Part shown: one piece after another, positions 9,173-19,632 of the stretch
How the letters are laid out: each line of letters opens with the position of its first letter
Position numbering within the stretch: the first letter of the stretch is position 1
Origin: an uncultured Actinomycetes bacterium
GTDB lineage: Bacteria; Actinomycetota; Thermoleophilia; Gaiellales; JAICJC01
DNA length: 64,000 nt
Direction of reading: 5' to 3'
Assembly: GCA_963708725.1 (NCBI GenBank)
Contig: CAVPTL010000008.1
Span: forward strand, 733,697-797,696
Notes under the pieces: generated by a model
Database searches by the model: none
Seen by the model: only the letters and a program-made list of their open reading frames with translations
Told to the model about the DNA's origin: nothing
Made by a program: the position numbers and the translations under genes

Positions 9173-10479
9173 TCCACTCCGATCGCGTCGGTGGACTCCG
9201 GAATGGGTGCACGGTAGCGCCACAGCGCCGGCATCGCGATTGCCGTGACGGCCACGCCCACGATGCACGCCAGCCCGCCCGAGACCAGCGAGAACCGCAC
9301 CGAGGTCAGCCCGGCGACTGCTCCGGACTCGACGTTTCCAAGCAGCGGGCCGGTCGAGTAGCTGACCTGCTCGATACCCGCCAGCCGGCCGCGCAGGTTG
9401 TCGGGGATCGACTGGTTCCAGATCGTCATCCGAAAGAGCCCCGAGACCATGTCGGCGCCGCCGGCGAACACCAGCCCAACCAGCGCAAGCCACAGGCTGT
9501 CCGACACGCCAAAGATCAGGATGCCGACTCCCCAGAACACCGCCGCGACGCACACCGCACGGCCGTGGCGACGAACCCGGCTCGTCCACCCACTGGTCGC
9601 CGTGACGATCAGCGACCCCGCCGCGGGAGCCGCGTACAGCAATCCGAGTACCCCCGGCCCGCCGAGATGGGTCGCCGCCGCGGGAAACAGCGCGTCGGGC
9701 ATGCCGAAGAACATGGCCACGATGTCGACCGCGTAGGTGCCCAGGATCACCTGGCGGCTGCGGGCGTAGTCCCAGCCCTCCCGGATCCGGCGCAACGAAG
9801 GGGCTGCGGCTTCGGGTGGGGGCGGCACGGCCCGCATCAGGCCCAGCGCGATCAGCGACACGACGAAGGTCACCAGGTCAACGGCGTAGGTCGACCCCAG
9901 GCCGATACCCGCAATCAGGAGTCCTCCCAGTGCCGGGCCGGCGACGCCTCCCACCGTGTAGCGGAGGGAGCTCAGCGCTGCCGCCGCGGGAACTTCATCT
10001 CGGTCGACGAGCCGGGGCACGAGCGCGTCGAGCGATGGGCGTTGCAGCCCGTCGAGGGCGGCTGCGACCCCCGCCACCACGAACAGCAGCCACACCTGTC
10101 CCAGAGCGACGTTTGCCAGCAGCACAGCGGAGAGCAGCGCGAAGGCCACCTCGGTCAGCAACACCATCCGGCGGCGGTCGAAGGCGTCGGCCATCGCGCC
10201 ACCGATCAACGCCGTGGTGACCAGCGGCACCAGCTCGACAACACCGAGCAGCCCGACCACGAGCGACGAGTGGGTTAGGTGATACGTCTGATAGGGAATC
10301 GCCACATATGTGACCGTCGACCCCAGGTACGTAACGCTCTGACCGATGAACAACAGGCGGAAATCCCGATGACGCCGGAGCGGCCCGATGTCAAGCGTTG
10401 CCGATCGAAGTTTGCCGCCGAACCCGCGCGGCGCTTGGGGCGGGTTGGGTCCGAGCCGATCGGGTTCGGGGAGACTCAT
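9169..10479 (-). CDS. MFS transporter
   Basis: Start placed at MSLPEPDRLG (ATG 10479). It has 12 TM-like hydrophobic segments. Confidence 0.8.
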   Translation of the reverse strand: MSLPEPDRLGPNPPQAPRGFGGKLRSATLDIGPLRRHRDFRLLFIGQSVTYLGSTVTYVAIPYQTYHLTHSSLVVGLLGVVELVPLVTTALIGGAMADAFDRRRMVLLTEVAFALLSAVLLANVALGQVWLLFVVAGVAAALDGLQRPSLDALVPRLVDRDEVPAAAALSSLRYTVGGVAGPALGGLLIAGIGLGSTYAVDLVTFVVSLIALGLMRAVPPPPEAAAPSLRRIREGWDYARSRQVILGTYAVDIVAMFFGMPDALFPAAATHLGGPGVLGLLYAAPAAGSLIVTATSGWTSRVRRHGRAVCVAAVFWGVGILIFGVSDSLWLALVGLVFAGGADMVSGLFRMTIWNQSIPDNLRGRLAGIEQVSYSTGPLLGNVESGAVAGLTSVRFSLVSGGLACIVGVAVTAIAMPALWRYRAPIPESTDAIGVE

Positions 10480-10528
10480 CGAGCGAGCATACGGATCCGT
10501 CGAGTGACCCGTCCCCCGTTTCGGGTAC

Positions 10529-10556
10529 TTGCGGCCCGGCGCCAGCCACGTAAGCT
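10529..10556 (+). promoter_or_regulatory. Candidate promoter, TTGCGG-N16-TAAGCT, 6 nt before the ATG (leaderless)
   Basis: Hexamers at 10529-10534 and 10551-10556; ATG at 10563. Confidence 0.35.
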
Positions 10557-10562
10557 CCAGGT

Positions 10563-11522
10563 ATGCGCAGAGTAATCGCCGCAGCGGCACTGTTCGCGGC
10601 GTGCGTAGCGGCGTCGCACCCCACGCCGGCTGAGAGCGCACCCGAGTGCAACTACAACAGTTCTTCTCGCACCGTTGAGATCGACCTCAGCGCCGGTGAT
10701 CCTTCAACGCGGATCGAGGTTGCCTCAGACGGTCGGCTCCGGGTCGGCGTTTCGAAGTGCGGTGCCGCCAGCGTCACCAACACCGACATCGTCAACGTGC
10801 TCGGAACGGGCGGCCCGGACACGTTTGACATCTCGCTGCGCGACGGCCTCTTTACCGGCATCGTGTTTCGCGTAAACCTCGCCGGTGGTCGGGACCTGCT
10901 GCGCGTGTTCGGAACCACCGGACCTGACCGGATCACCGTTGGCACCGCGGGCATCGATCTCGATCCGGCCACCCACCGTGGCCGTGACATCAAGCTCTCC
11001 AACGTCGAATCGATCCTGATCAACGGTCTCGCTGGCAAGGATGTGCTGTCCGGCCAGGGCGGTGGGGTCGACGGCGGCCCGACTCATATCCCGCTGAACC
11101 TGATCGGCGCCGGCGGTAACGACCGTCTCACCGGCGGGGCGGGCAACGATGTCCTGTCGGGGAGCGACAACACCGACGTGCTGGACGGCAAGGGCGGGAA
11201 CGACCTGCTGTTCGGAAACAAGGGCTCCGACACGATCCACGGCGGCACGGGGTTCGATGCGACCTTCTACCAGGGCCGATCGACGCCCGTGATCGTGACC
11301 GAGGATGGTCGCGCCAACGACGGCAGCCCGTCGTCGGGCGAGCGCGACAACATTTATCCCGACGTCGAGAAGATCGTGGGCGGGAATGCCGGAGATCACC
11401 TCACCGGTGGTCCCGGCCCCAACGTCCTGATCGGCGGCCCCGGCAACGACCATCTCGATGGCGGCGGCGGGCACAACCGTTGCAACGGCGGCCCGGGCAT
11501 CGACCACCTGGTTCACTGCTGA
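10563..11522 (+). CDS. Secreted calcium-binding protein with hemolysin-type (RTX) nonapeptide repeats
   Basis: Signal-peptide-like N-terminus MRRVIAAAALFAACVAASHP. Repeats include GGAGNDVLSGSDNTDVLDGKGGNDLLFGNKGSDTIHGG. Confidence 0.75.
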   Translation: MRRVIAAAALFAACVAASHPTPAESAPECNYNSSSRTVEIDLSAGDPSTRIEVASDGRLRVGVSKCGAASVTNTDIVNVLGTGGPDTFDISLRDGLFTGIVFRVNLAGGRDLLRVFGTTGPDRITVGTAGIDLDPATHRGRDIKLSNVESILINGLAGKDVLSGQGGGVDGGPTHIPLNLIGAGGNDRLTGGAGNDVLSGSDNTDVLDGKGGNDLLFGNKGSDTIHGGTGFDATFYQGRSTPVIVTEDGRANDGSPSSGERDNIYPDVEKIVGGNAGDHLTGGPGPNVLIGGPGNDHLDGGGGHNRCNGGPGIDHLVHC

Positions 11523-11554
11523 CCGCCGGGCGCTGAGCCGGTACGATCGCCGGG

Positions 11555-12328
11555 ATGAACGCCCCGGTGCCACCGGCCGACGACTCTGCCGGCACGATCG
11601 AGATCACGCGCACGGGCGCGATTGCGCTTGTTCGGATCAGCCGCGAGCGCAAACTGAACGCGCTCTCGTCACACATCGAGTCCGAGCTGAAACGAGCGCT
11701 TCTCACCGACGAGGTCACCACCAGCCGGGTGGTGGTGATCACCGGCGTGGCGCGGGCGTTCTCGGCGGGCGCAGACCTCTCCGAACTGCCGAACCCGACG
11801 TCCGAGCAGATCATGGAGTACTACAGGCGCACCGGCGACATGCATGAACGGTTCGCCGACCTGCCTCAGCCGACGATCGCAGCGATCTCGGGCTGGTGCC
11901 TGGGTGGGGGCTTCGAGCTGGCGCTGGCGGCCGACCTGCGGGTGGCGCACAGCGACGCGACCTTCGGACTGCCCGAGGTCGAGATCGGCATCATCCCCAG
12001 CTCTGGGGGAACGCTGCGACTGGTGCGTGCCGTCGGGCCTGCGCGGGCCAAGGAGCTGATGCTGCTGCGCACCCGGCTGACCGCGGTCGAGGCGCTCGAG
12101 TTGGGGCTCGTGACCGAGGTCGTCGAAGGTGACGTGGTGGCCCGCGCACTCGAGATGGCCGAGCAGTTGGCACAGCTGCCGCCGCTGGCCGCCTCGATCG
12201 CCAAACAGGCCTGCGACCGTCTACCCGAGGCGGGACGCGATGCTGGACTTCTGATCGAGCGGCTCGCCTACGCCGCATTGGCCAACACCGACGAGTCGCG
12301 GGCGAAGAGCGAGCGGTGGAGTAGCTAG
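11555..12328 (+). CDS. Enoyl-CoA hydratase/isomerase (crotonase) family
   Basis: 257 aa, with the motif GVARAFSAGADLSEL and oxyanion-hole context. Confidence 0.88.
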   Translation: MNAPVPPADDSAGTIEITRTGAIALVRISRERKLNALSSHIESELKRALLTDEVTTSRVVVITGVARAFSAGADLSELPNPTSEQIMEYYRRTGDMHERFADLPQPTIAAISGWCLGGGFELALAADLRVAHSDATFGLPEVEIGIIPSSGGTLRLVRAVGPARAKELMLLRTRLTAVEALELGLVTEVVEGDVVARALEMAEQLAQLPPLAASIAKQACDRLPEAGRDAGLLIERLAYAALANTDESRAKSERWSS

Positions 12329-14411
12329 GTGACCGCGCGCGACCCGCGTTTCGACGTGCTGTTCGAGCGGGTACAGATCGGCCCTGTGACGCTGCCCAAT
12401 CGCTTTTACCAGGTCCCCCACTGCACCGGGTTCGGCGTCGAGAAGCCGATGACCCAGGCGGCGCATCGCCGGATCAAGGCCGAAGGCGGCTGGGGCGGAG
12501 TGTGTACCGAGTACGCGGCGGTGTCGCGCGACTCCGACGAGACGCCCTACGTTTCGGTGCGGATGTGGGACGAGGGCGACGCGGAGGCGCTGCGGCTGAC
12601 AACCGCCGCGGTTCACGAGTACGGCGCCCTGGCGGGGATCGAGCTCTCCCACACCGGCGCACATGGCGAGAACTCCGAGTCGCGACTGCCGTCGATCGCA
12701 CCCTCGCAAGTCGCTGGGGATTTCGCGTTGGGGGCGGTGCCCAAGGCGATGACGATCGCCGACATCCGCCGCGTCCAGGATGACTGGGTGCGGGCGGCGG
12801 AGCTGAGCCGCGATGCGGGCTTCGACATCGTCTACGTCTACGGTGGCCACACCTATCTGCCGGGGCAGTTCCTGTCGCCGTACTACAACCGCCGGGATGA
12901 CGAGTACGGCGGCTCGCTTCGAAACCGGGCCCGGTTCTGGCTGGAGACGCTGGAGCGGGTTCGCGACGCGGTCGGCAACCGCTGCGCCGTCGCATGCCGA
13001 GTGGCGGTGTCGCGCGGTCAAGCCGAGGCCGGCATCGATCTCGACGAGGGGCTCGAGTTCGTGCGTATGGCCGACGACCTGGTCGACCTGTGGGATGTGA
13101 ATATCGGGTCAATCGCCGAGTGGTCACAGGACTCGGGGCCGTCGCGGTTCTTCGCCGAGGGCTGGCAGCTCGAGTACACCGGCCGGGTGCGCGAGGCGAC
13201 CGAAAAGCCGATCGTGGGTGTCGGCCGCATCACCGATCCCTACCTGATGGAGCGGATCGTACGAAGCGGTGCGTGGGACTTGATTGGGTCGGCCCGGCCG
13301 TCGATCGCCGATCCGTTTCTGCCGGTCAAGATCCGCGAGGGCCGGCTGGATGAGATCCGGGAATGCATCGGCTGCAACGTCTGTATCTCCAAGGCCGACA
13401 CCCGTCGCCACCTGGGCTGCACTCAGAATCCCACTGCCGGCGAGGAGTACCGCCGGGGCTGGCACCCCGAGCGGGTCGATCCGGTCGCGGCGCCTGACCG
13501 TGACGCCCTGGTAGTCGGGGCCGGCCCGGCGGGGATGGAGTGCGCGATCACCCTGGCAAAGCGGGGGCTGCGGCGCGTCCGCCTGGTCGATGCAGCCCAA
13601 CTCACCGGCGGACATCTGCGGTGGGTGACGCGTCTGCCCGGCCTGGGTGAGTGGGGACGGGTGGTGGCGTATCGCACCGTGCAGGCTCGCCGGCTGCCCA
13701 ATCTCGAGATCGAGCTGGGGATTCGCATGACTGCCGATGATGTGCGTGCCGCCGGTGCCGACATCGTGGTGGTTGCGACCGGATCGCACTGGGCCACCGA
13801 CGGACTCAACTCCGCCACTCGCGGCCCGATTCCCGGCGCCGATGCGGCACTCGCCCACGTGCTGACTCCGGAGCAGATCGTGCTCGAGGGCAAGCGGCCG
13901 CCGGGTGGCCGCGTCGTGGTGTACGACGCCGACGGGTACTACGCGGCGCCCGCGGTCGCCGAGCTGCTGGCAGCCGAAGGATTCGCGGTCGAGTTCGTCA
14001 CCTGTCACGACCAGGTGGCGCCGTTTGCCGCCGAGACGCTCGAGGATGCGCTCACGCGCGAGCAGCTCCACGCGGCCGGCGTGGCGCTTCGCAGAGCCAC
14101 AACGGTCACCGCGATCGACGAGGCCGGAGTGGATGCCGAGGACGAGTTTGGCGAGCCGGTGCGGATCGCCGCCGACGCGACCGTGCTCGTGACTCAACGC
14201 GTCTCCGACGATGCGTTGTGGAACTCGCTGGAGGGGCTCCCCGACCTGTATCGGATCGGCGATTGCGTTGCGCCGAGGCTGATGGCCGAGGCGATCTTCG
14301 ATGGCCATCGGTTGGCTCGCGAGCTCGAGAGCAGTGATCCCTCGGTGGCGTTGCCATATCTTCGTGAGCGTCCCGGCGATCCGCTTCGGCTGGGGCCGAA
14401 TCCGGGAGCGC
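12329..14411 (+). CDS. Trimethylamine/dimethylamine/histamine dehydrogenase-family flavoprotein (OYE-like FMN domain, 4Fe-4S, ADP-binding domains); 3' end unresolved
   Basis: Motifs: YQVPHCTGFG, CIGCNVCI, VVGAGPAGMECA, and the C-terminal region GDCVAPRLMAEAIFDGHRLARELESSDPSVALPYLRE. The frame has no stop until 15790, and after about 14380 its translation turns into Arg-rich nonsense. The end coordinate given here is arbitrary. Confidence 0.75.
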
Positions 14412-14864
14412 ATGCGCCTCGGTGGGGTGCCGCAGACGCCCCGGCGCCGCGAGGTCGAACTGGTGTCTGGCACGGCGGTGGAGATCGCCGCTCGGCTCGA
14501 CCCGTTGCTGCGCGCCGCCGGAGGCGACGTCGTGATCGCCGCCGGCCGTGGCGCGGGTTCGGATCTCGAGCCGTACCGGCGGCTGGCCGATCGCTACGGC
14601 GGCCGGTTCGTGGTCACACGGCCGCAGGTCGAGGCGGGACGGGCCACGCGGATGGAGCTGGTGGGCGCGTCCTCCGAGACGGTCACCCCGGCTGTGTACC
14701 TCGGTTTGGGAGTCAGTGGGTCGATCGCGCACGTCCTGGGGATGGCCGACAGCGACCGCGTGATCGCGGTCAACCTCGACCCCGACGCGCCGATTTTCGA
14801 GCACGCCGATCTCGGTGCGATCGCCGACGCCGCCGACGTGGCGCACGCGCTGGAGGCGGTGTGA
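14412..14864 (+). CDS. Electron-transfer-flavoprotein alpha-subunit C-terminal (FAD-binding) domain-like protein
   Basis: Lies in the +1 frame relative to 12329. Sequence: VVIAAGRGAGS..., PQVEAGRATRMELVGASSETVTPAVYLGLGVSGSIAHVLGMADSDRVIAVNLDPDAPIF. The start is uncertain, and the frame is open from at least 14301. Confidence 0.6.
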   Translation: MRLGGVPQTPRRREVELVSGTAVEIAARLDPLLRAAGGDVVIAAGRGAGSDLEPYRRLADRYGGRFVVTRPQVEAGRATRMELVGASSETVTPAVYLGLGVSGSIAHVLGMADSDRVIAVNLDPDAPIFEHADLGAIADAADVAHALEAV

Positions 14865-16184
14865 GCGCGCCTGTTGTCGTCCTCGGCGGAGGCTCGACCG
14901 GTGAGGCGTTCGCCGGCGCCTTGCGTGGCTTCGAGCCAGAAACGCCGATCACGCTGGTTGAGCGCGAGCTGGTCGGCGGGGAGTGCTCGTACTTTGCGTG
15001 CATGCCCTCCAAGGCGCTGCTGCGGCCGCCCGAAGCGCTTGCGGCGGCCCGTTTGGTGCCGGGTGCAGCCGAGGCGATCACCGGCCGGCCGGACATCGAC
15101 CGCATCTTTTGGCACCGCGACCAGGTCACCGATTCCGGAGACGACAGCGCTCAGGTCAAGTGGCTCGAGGACAAGGACGTCACCCTGGTTCGCGGCAACG
15201 CCCGCGTGGTTCGGCCCGGAGTGATCGGGGTTGGCGATCAGGAGATCGCATACGAGCGGCTCATGATTGCGACGGGGTCGGTGCCGTTCATCCCGCCGAT
15301 CGACGGCCTCAGCGACGTGGACTATTGGACGAGTCGCGAGGCGACCTCCAGCCACACGGTGCCCGCCAGCCTGATCGTGGTCGGGTCGGGGCCGGTCGGG
15401 TGCGAGTTGGCGCAGTTCTTTCGTCGCGTTGGCAGCGACGTCACCATCGTCGCCGCAGCCGACCGGCTGATCGAGCGTGATCACCCCGACGCGTCGAAGC
15501 TCTTGACCGACGCGTTCGAACAGGAAGGCATATCGCTGCGGCTCGCCGCGTCGATCGAACGGGTTGAGCCGGGCGTTCGTGTGCACCTGAGGGGTGGCGA
15601 GACGCTCGAGGCCGAACGGTTGCTGGTCGCCGCCGGCCGGCGTGCGAACGTGCACGATTTCGGGTTCGAGCAGCTCGGCGCTGACGATCTCGAAGCGCGG
15701 AATCGAGGTCGACGATCGAATGCGCGCCGCCGACGGCGTGTGGGCTGCGGGCGACGTCACCGGGATCGCCATGTTCACCCACGTGGGTAAGTACCAGGCC
15801 CGTGCTGCCGCCGCGGATGCCGCCGGCCGGCCCGCGCACGTCGATTACACGGCCATCCCCGCGGTCACCTTCACCGATCCCCAGGTCGGGTCGGTGGGCG
15901 ACACGTCGGGCAAGGGCACGCTCTCGGGCGAGCGCACATCCGTCGCGCGGCTCTCGACCTACGAGCGGCCGAAGCGCCCGATGCTCCTGAAAGTGTTCGC
16001 CGACCCCGAGCGACGTGTGTTGGTCGGAGCGGTCGCGGTCGGTCCGGAGGCTGGCGAGTGGCTGGGTCAGCTGACGCTCGCGATCCGCGCTCAGGTTCCG
16101 ATCGATGTGATCGCCGACACGATCCAGCCATATCCGACCTTCTCGGAGATGGTGCACTTCGCGGTCGACTCGATCAGCGAATAG
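14861..16184 (+). pseudogene. FAD-dependent pyridine nucleotide-disulfide oxidoreductase with a frame disruption near 15680
   Basis: GTG 14861 overlaps the upstream stop (GTGA). The N-terminal part (VVVLGGGSTGEAFA, GGECSYFACMPSK redox-active Cys context) is in one frame. The C-terminal part (GIEVDDRMRAADGVWAAGDVTG..., dimerisation domain) continues in the +1 frame as ORF 15594..16184. One extra base near 15680 explains the break. Confidence 0.75.
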
Positions 16185-17022
16185 CGATCCGGAAGGCCGC
16201 GGTGTGTGACTCCCCCGGCGCGAGCGTGTGCAGACCGGCTCCGGTCTTGAGCGCGTTCGTCGGGGCCGTCATCGGCTCGAAGCAGATCAGCTGACCGCCC
16301 GGCGGCGTATAGATCTGGGCATAGCTGTAGCCCTCCAGGAATGTGACGGTGATGGAGTGACCGCCATCCGAGACGCCGAACGTGATGCCGTCTTCCACCG
16401 GTCCGAAGGCGTCGTCGAAGCTGCGGTCGTCCAGCGGGCCGCTTTCAATGTCGCTGGGATGGCTGGTGCCCGTGGGCAGCAGGCGCGCGTCGAGCTCGAG
16501 CTGCGGCATGGCCGGCACGGTGATATCCCATTCTGAGCGATCGGCGCCGGGCGGGCTGAGATATGGGTGGTACCCGAACGCAACCGGCACCTGCTCCGCC
16601 AGCGCGTGCAGCGTGGTTCGGATCGTCAGCCCCGCCTCGTCGACGTCAGCCTCGACCACCAGCCGGTGCGGGTGGGGGAAGACCTCGAGCGCTTGTGGTG
16701 AGCGTTCGGTCGAGTACTCGCCGACGATCCGATCGGCGCGCTGGTCGAGCAGCTCGAACGGCAGCGCGGTGGGGATCACGCCGTGAATCGGGATGCCGTT
16801 TGGGTCGCCATGCAGGAGCGAGGATGTCAGCGGCACATCCAGTCGGTTCGCCCACGGGTGAAGCAGCGGGATCCCAAACGTGGAGGCATGGTCGCGGTAG
16901 CCGTCGACTCCACCGCGCTGGGTGAGCAGCTGCTTGCCTCGATACGTCAAGGACGCTCCCACCATCGCAAGTCGCGGGACGAATGTCGCCTCGAGCTCGC
17001 CCGCGGCAATGGAGACGCTCAT
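16174..17022 (-). CDS. Aldose 1-epimerase family protein
   Basis: Start placed at MSVSIAAGELEATF (ATG 17022), an ATGA overlap with the upstream stop. Motifs HPWANRL and HPYL are present. Confidence 0.7.
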   Translation of the reverse strand: MSVSIAAGELEATFVPRLAMVGASLTYRGKQLLTQRGGVDGYRDHASTFGIPLLHPWANRLDVPLTSSLLHGDPNGIPIHGVIPTALPFELLDQRADRIVGEYSTERSPQALEVFPHPHRLVVEADVDEAGLTIRTTLHALAEQVPVAFGYHPYLSPPGADRSEWDITVPAMPQLELDARLLPTGTSHPSDIESGPLDDRSFDDAFGPVEDGITFGVSDGGHSITVTFLEGYSYAQIYTPPGGQLICFEPMTAPTNALKTGAGLHTLAPGESHTAAFRIAIR

Positions 17023-18413
17023 CGCAGCCGCTCCGGGATGAGGTCGCGGGCGAACACCTCGTCGACCGTCTCGGGCCGCTTGATCCACTCGGCCTCGGCG
17101 CCGTGGACGAGCACGGTTCCGGGGCGCGGCAGAGCGTTCCAGTTGTTGGCGCACGCGTCCTGGTAGGCGCCGGTGTCGAGAAACGCGATCACGTCGTTGA
17201 CCTCCGCTCGTGGGAACTCGATCTGCTGGGCGAGCACGTCGAATCCGCAGGACTGGCCGACGATGTCGGTCGTACCAACCGTCGGCGCGTCGGCCCGCGA
17301 CACCAGCACCGGCCGGAAATATGCGTGTTCGATCAGCAGGTCGGCGAGAAACATCTCGGTGGTGTCGGTCTCGACCCACGCCCATGGGATCGGCTCGAGT
17401 TGGCGCTTGAGCCCTCGCACCGTTGTGAGATGCAGGCCAGCGTCGGCGTGCAGCGAGCGGCCGGGCTCAACTTCGAGTGCGACCCCCTCCGGGTCGAGTC
17501 CACCCTTCGTGAGCTCGGTGGCGAGCGTGCCCGCGATCGCCGTGGCGTAGTCCGCGATGGGCGCGGCATCGGAGCCGGTGGGAGATGTCGGGTCGTGCGG
17601 CGCGGGGAATCCGCCGCCGACATCGATCTCCTGCGGACGCCAGCCGCCCCATGCGGCGCTCAAGCGGGTGATCACCTCGGCAAAGCTGGCCGCCATCCCG
17701 CGCCAGACCTCGGGGTCGGCACTGTGGCGGCCGAGATGGGCCATCACTCCGGTCAGCTCGACGTGTCGGGAAGCGATCGCGGCCGCACCCACCTCCCGCG
17801 CCTGCTCGGTGGGGATGCCTGGCTTGTAGCGGTGGGCTGCGAGCCGCACGTCGACCTCGGGAAAGAAGTCCGAGCGGGTGGACAGGCCGTCGTAGTCCGG
17901 GCGCAGCCGCAGGCGCACCCGCGCCCGCGTGCCGTGGCGGGCGGCCGCTGCCTCGACGGCGGTCAGCTCGGGCGCACTGTCCAGCGTGATCCGTGCCCCA
18001 ACCTCGACCGCCCGATCGATCACCTCGGCGGTCTTGGTCGAACCGTTGACCGAGATCAGGCTGGGCGGGACTCCGGCGAGTAACGCCGCGTGCAGCTCGC
18101 CCGGCCCGAAGGTGTCACACCCCGCACCTGCGCGAGTCAGCGTGCGCCGCAGTGCGAGTGAAAGGTTGGCCTTGATCGAGGGCAGCACCCGCACCTCGCC
18201 GTGCGGCCACGCCGTCCGAAAGGCGGATCCGATCGACTCGAGGTTTCGCAGCAGCTGATCCTCGGAGATGACGTAGACAGGCGTCCCAAACCGTTCGGCG
18301 ATATCGACCAGATCGCACTGCTCCAGCCACAGATGTCCGCCGCGGATGCTCAGTCCAGCATCGATTGGTACCCCGGTCACCGACGCAGTGTACGCGTGTA
18401 CGCTGACCGGCAA
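17019..18413 (-). CDS. PLP-dependent decarboxylase, fold type III (diaminopimelate/ornithine decarboxylase family)
   Basis: Motifs FGTPVYVISEDQL, SIKAN (PLP lysine context), DVGGGF. The start is uncertain: TTG 18413 or GTG 18380. Confidence 0.82.
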   Translation of the reverse strand: MPVSVHAYTASVTGVPIDAGLSIRGGHLWLEQCDLVDIAERFGTPVYVISEDQLLRNLESIGSAFRTAWPHGEVRVLPSIKANLSLALRRTLTRAGAGCDTFGPGELHAALLAGVPPSLISVNGSTKTAEVIDRAVEVGARITLDSAPELTAVEAAAARHGTRARVRLRLRPDYDGLSTRSDFFPEVDVRLAAHRYKPGIPTEQAREVGAAAIASRHVELTGVMAHLGRHSADPEVWRGMAASFAEVITRLSAAWGGWRPQEIDVGGGFPAPHDPTSPTGSDAAPIADYATAIAGTLATELTKGGLDPEGVALEVEPGRSLHADAGLHLTTVRGLKRQLEPIPWAWVETDTTEMFLADLLIEHAYFRPVLVSRADAPTVGTTDIVGQSCGFDVLAQQIEFPRAEVNDVIAFLDTGAYQDACANNWNALPRPGTVLVHGAEAEWIKRPETVDEVFARDLIPERLR

Positions 18414-19580
18414 TGCGTCGCTCGGCTCTTGCCATTCTGGTACTCGTATTCGTGGAGGAGCTGACGTTGTTCGCGATCATCCCGATCGTGCCGTTGTACT
18501 CCTCTCAGCTCGGCCTCTCAAAGGTGCAGTCGGGTGCGGTGCTGTCGGCGGCGGCGTTCGCGGTCGTACTCAGCTCGATACCGGCGGGCATCCTTGCCGA
18601 TCGCGATTGGCGCGCGGCGCGTAACGATCGCCGCCGGTTGCCTGACGGTGGTCGCTTGCGTGCTCCAGGCGTATGCCGGTTCATTCGAGACGATCCTGAC
18701 CGCGCGGCTGTTGTTCGGGGTCAGCTCGGCGGTGGTGTGGTCGTCGGCGCTGTCGTGGCTGTCGGATGTGAGCACCGAGGACACCCGGGCGTCGGTGGTC
18801 GGTTTGACCGTGACGGCCGCGGGGGTGGGCAGCCTGGTCGGTCCGGCGTTCGCGGGTTACGTCGCCCAGCACTTCTCGATCGAGGCGGCGTTTCTGTCGA
18901 TCGCGGTCGCAACCGCGGTGATCACGGGGGCGCTGTTTTTTGTCGGCGAGGGTGTACCTCACGCCATCGAGACGACCTCGCTGCGTCAGGTTGCGGGGAT
19001 CGTGACCGGGAGCCCGCTGATCGTGGGGGCACTGCTGATGATGTTCGTCGCGGGTTTCGTGGACGGCATCGTCAATCTGCTGGCGCCTCTCGAGTTGGCG
19101 GCCGACGGTCTCTCGTCGGGTCCGGTCGGGCTGGTGTTCTCGATTGCCGCTGCGATCTTTATCGGTGTGAGTGGCGTCGTCTCGCGCGGCGGTTTGGCGG
19201 CGTCGCCGCGCGCGGCCGGGGCCGCGTGTCTGATCCAGGCGGTCACGATGGTGCCGGTGCTGTTCTCGCTCGCGACCGCGTCGGTGATCTTTGTGGTGCT
19301 CGCACGCGGGCCGACCACAGCCGTCGTGTACACGGTCGCGATGCCCGTCGCCGTCATGGCGTCACGGCGGCACGGCATCGGCACGGCCACGGTCGCCGGG
19401 GTGGTTGGGGCGACCTGGGGCTTTGCCAGTGCGATCGGGCCGCCGATCGCGGGACTGATCGCCGACTCGGCGAGCGACCAGGCCGCCTATGCACTGGGCG
19501 CCGTGATGCTCGTTGGCGCAGGTGTGTGGCTGCTGCGCGGGGCGGTGCAGCCGACTCCCGCACCGGAGCCCCTTGGGTGA
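18413..19580 (+). pseudogene. MFS transporter with a frame disruption near 18605
   Basis: TM1-2 (MRRSALAILVLVFVEELTLF...IPAGILADR) are in one frame. The remainder (IGARRVTIAAG... to PEPLG*) is in the +1 frame as ORF 18534..19580. Removing the g at about 18605 restores motif A, GILADRIGARR. Confidence 0.75.
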
Positions 19581-19607
19581 ATAACGGTGCCTGGCACCGT
19601 TATTCAC
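19577..19607. repeat. Palindromic intergenic repeat copy 3 (31 nt, perfect, centre T)
   Basis: Sequence gtgaataacggtgccTggcaccgttattcac. The TGA at 19578-19580 is the stop of the MFS gene. Confidence 0.9.
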
Positions 19608-19632
19608 TCGCCTCGGCTAGCGTTCGCCGGCC

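Noticed and set aside
12329-15790. The 1153-aa ORF taken as one real multidomain protein
   Set aside because: Residues translated from about 14380-14860 and after about 15680 are Arg-rich nonsense, while good domains are found in the neighbouring frame. The ORF is a composite created by missing stops or indels.
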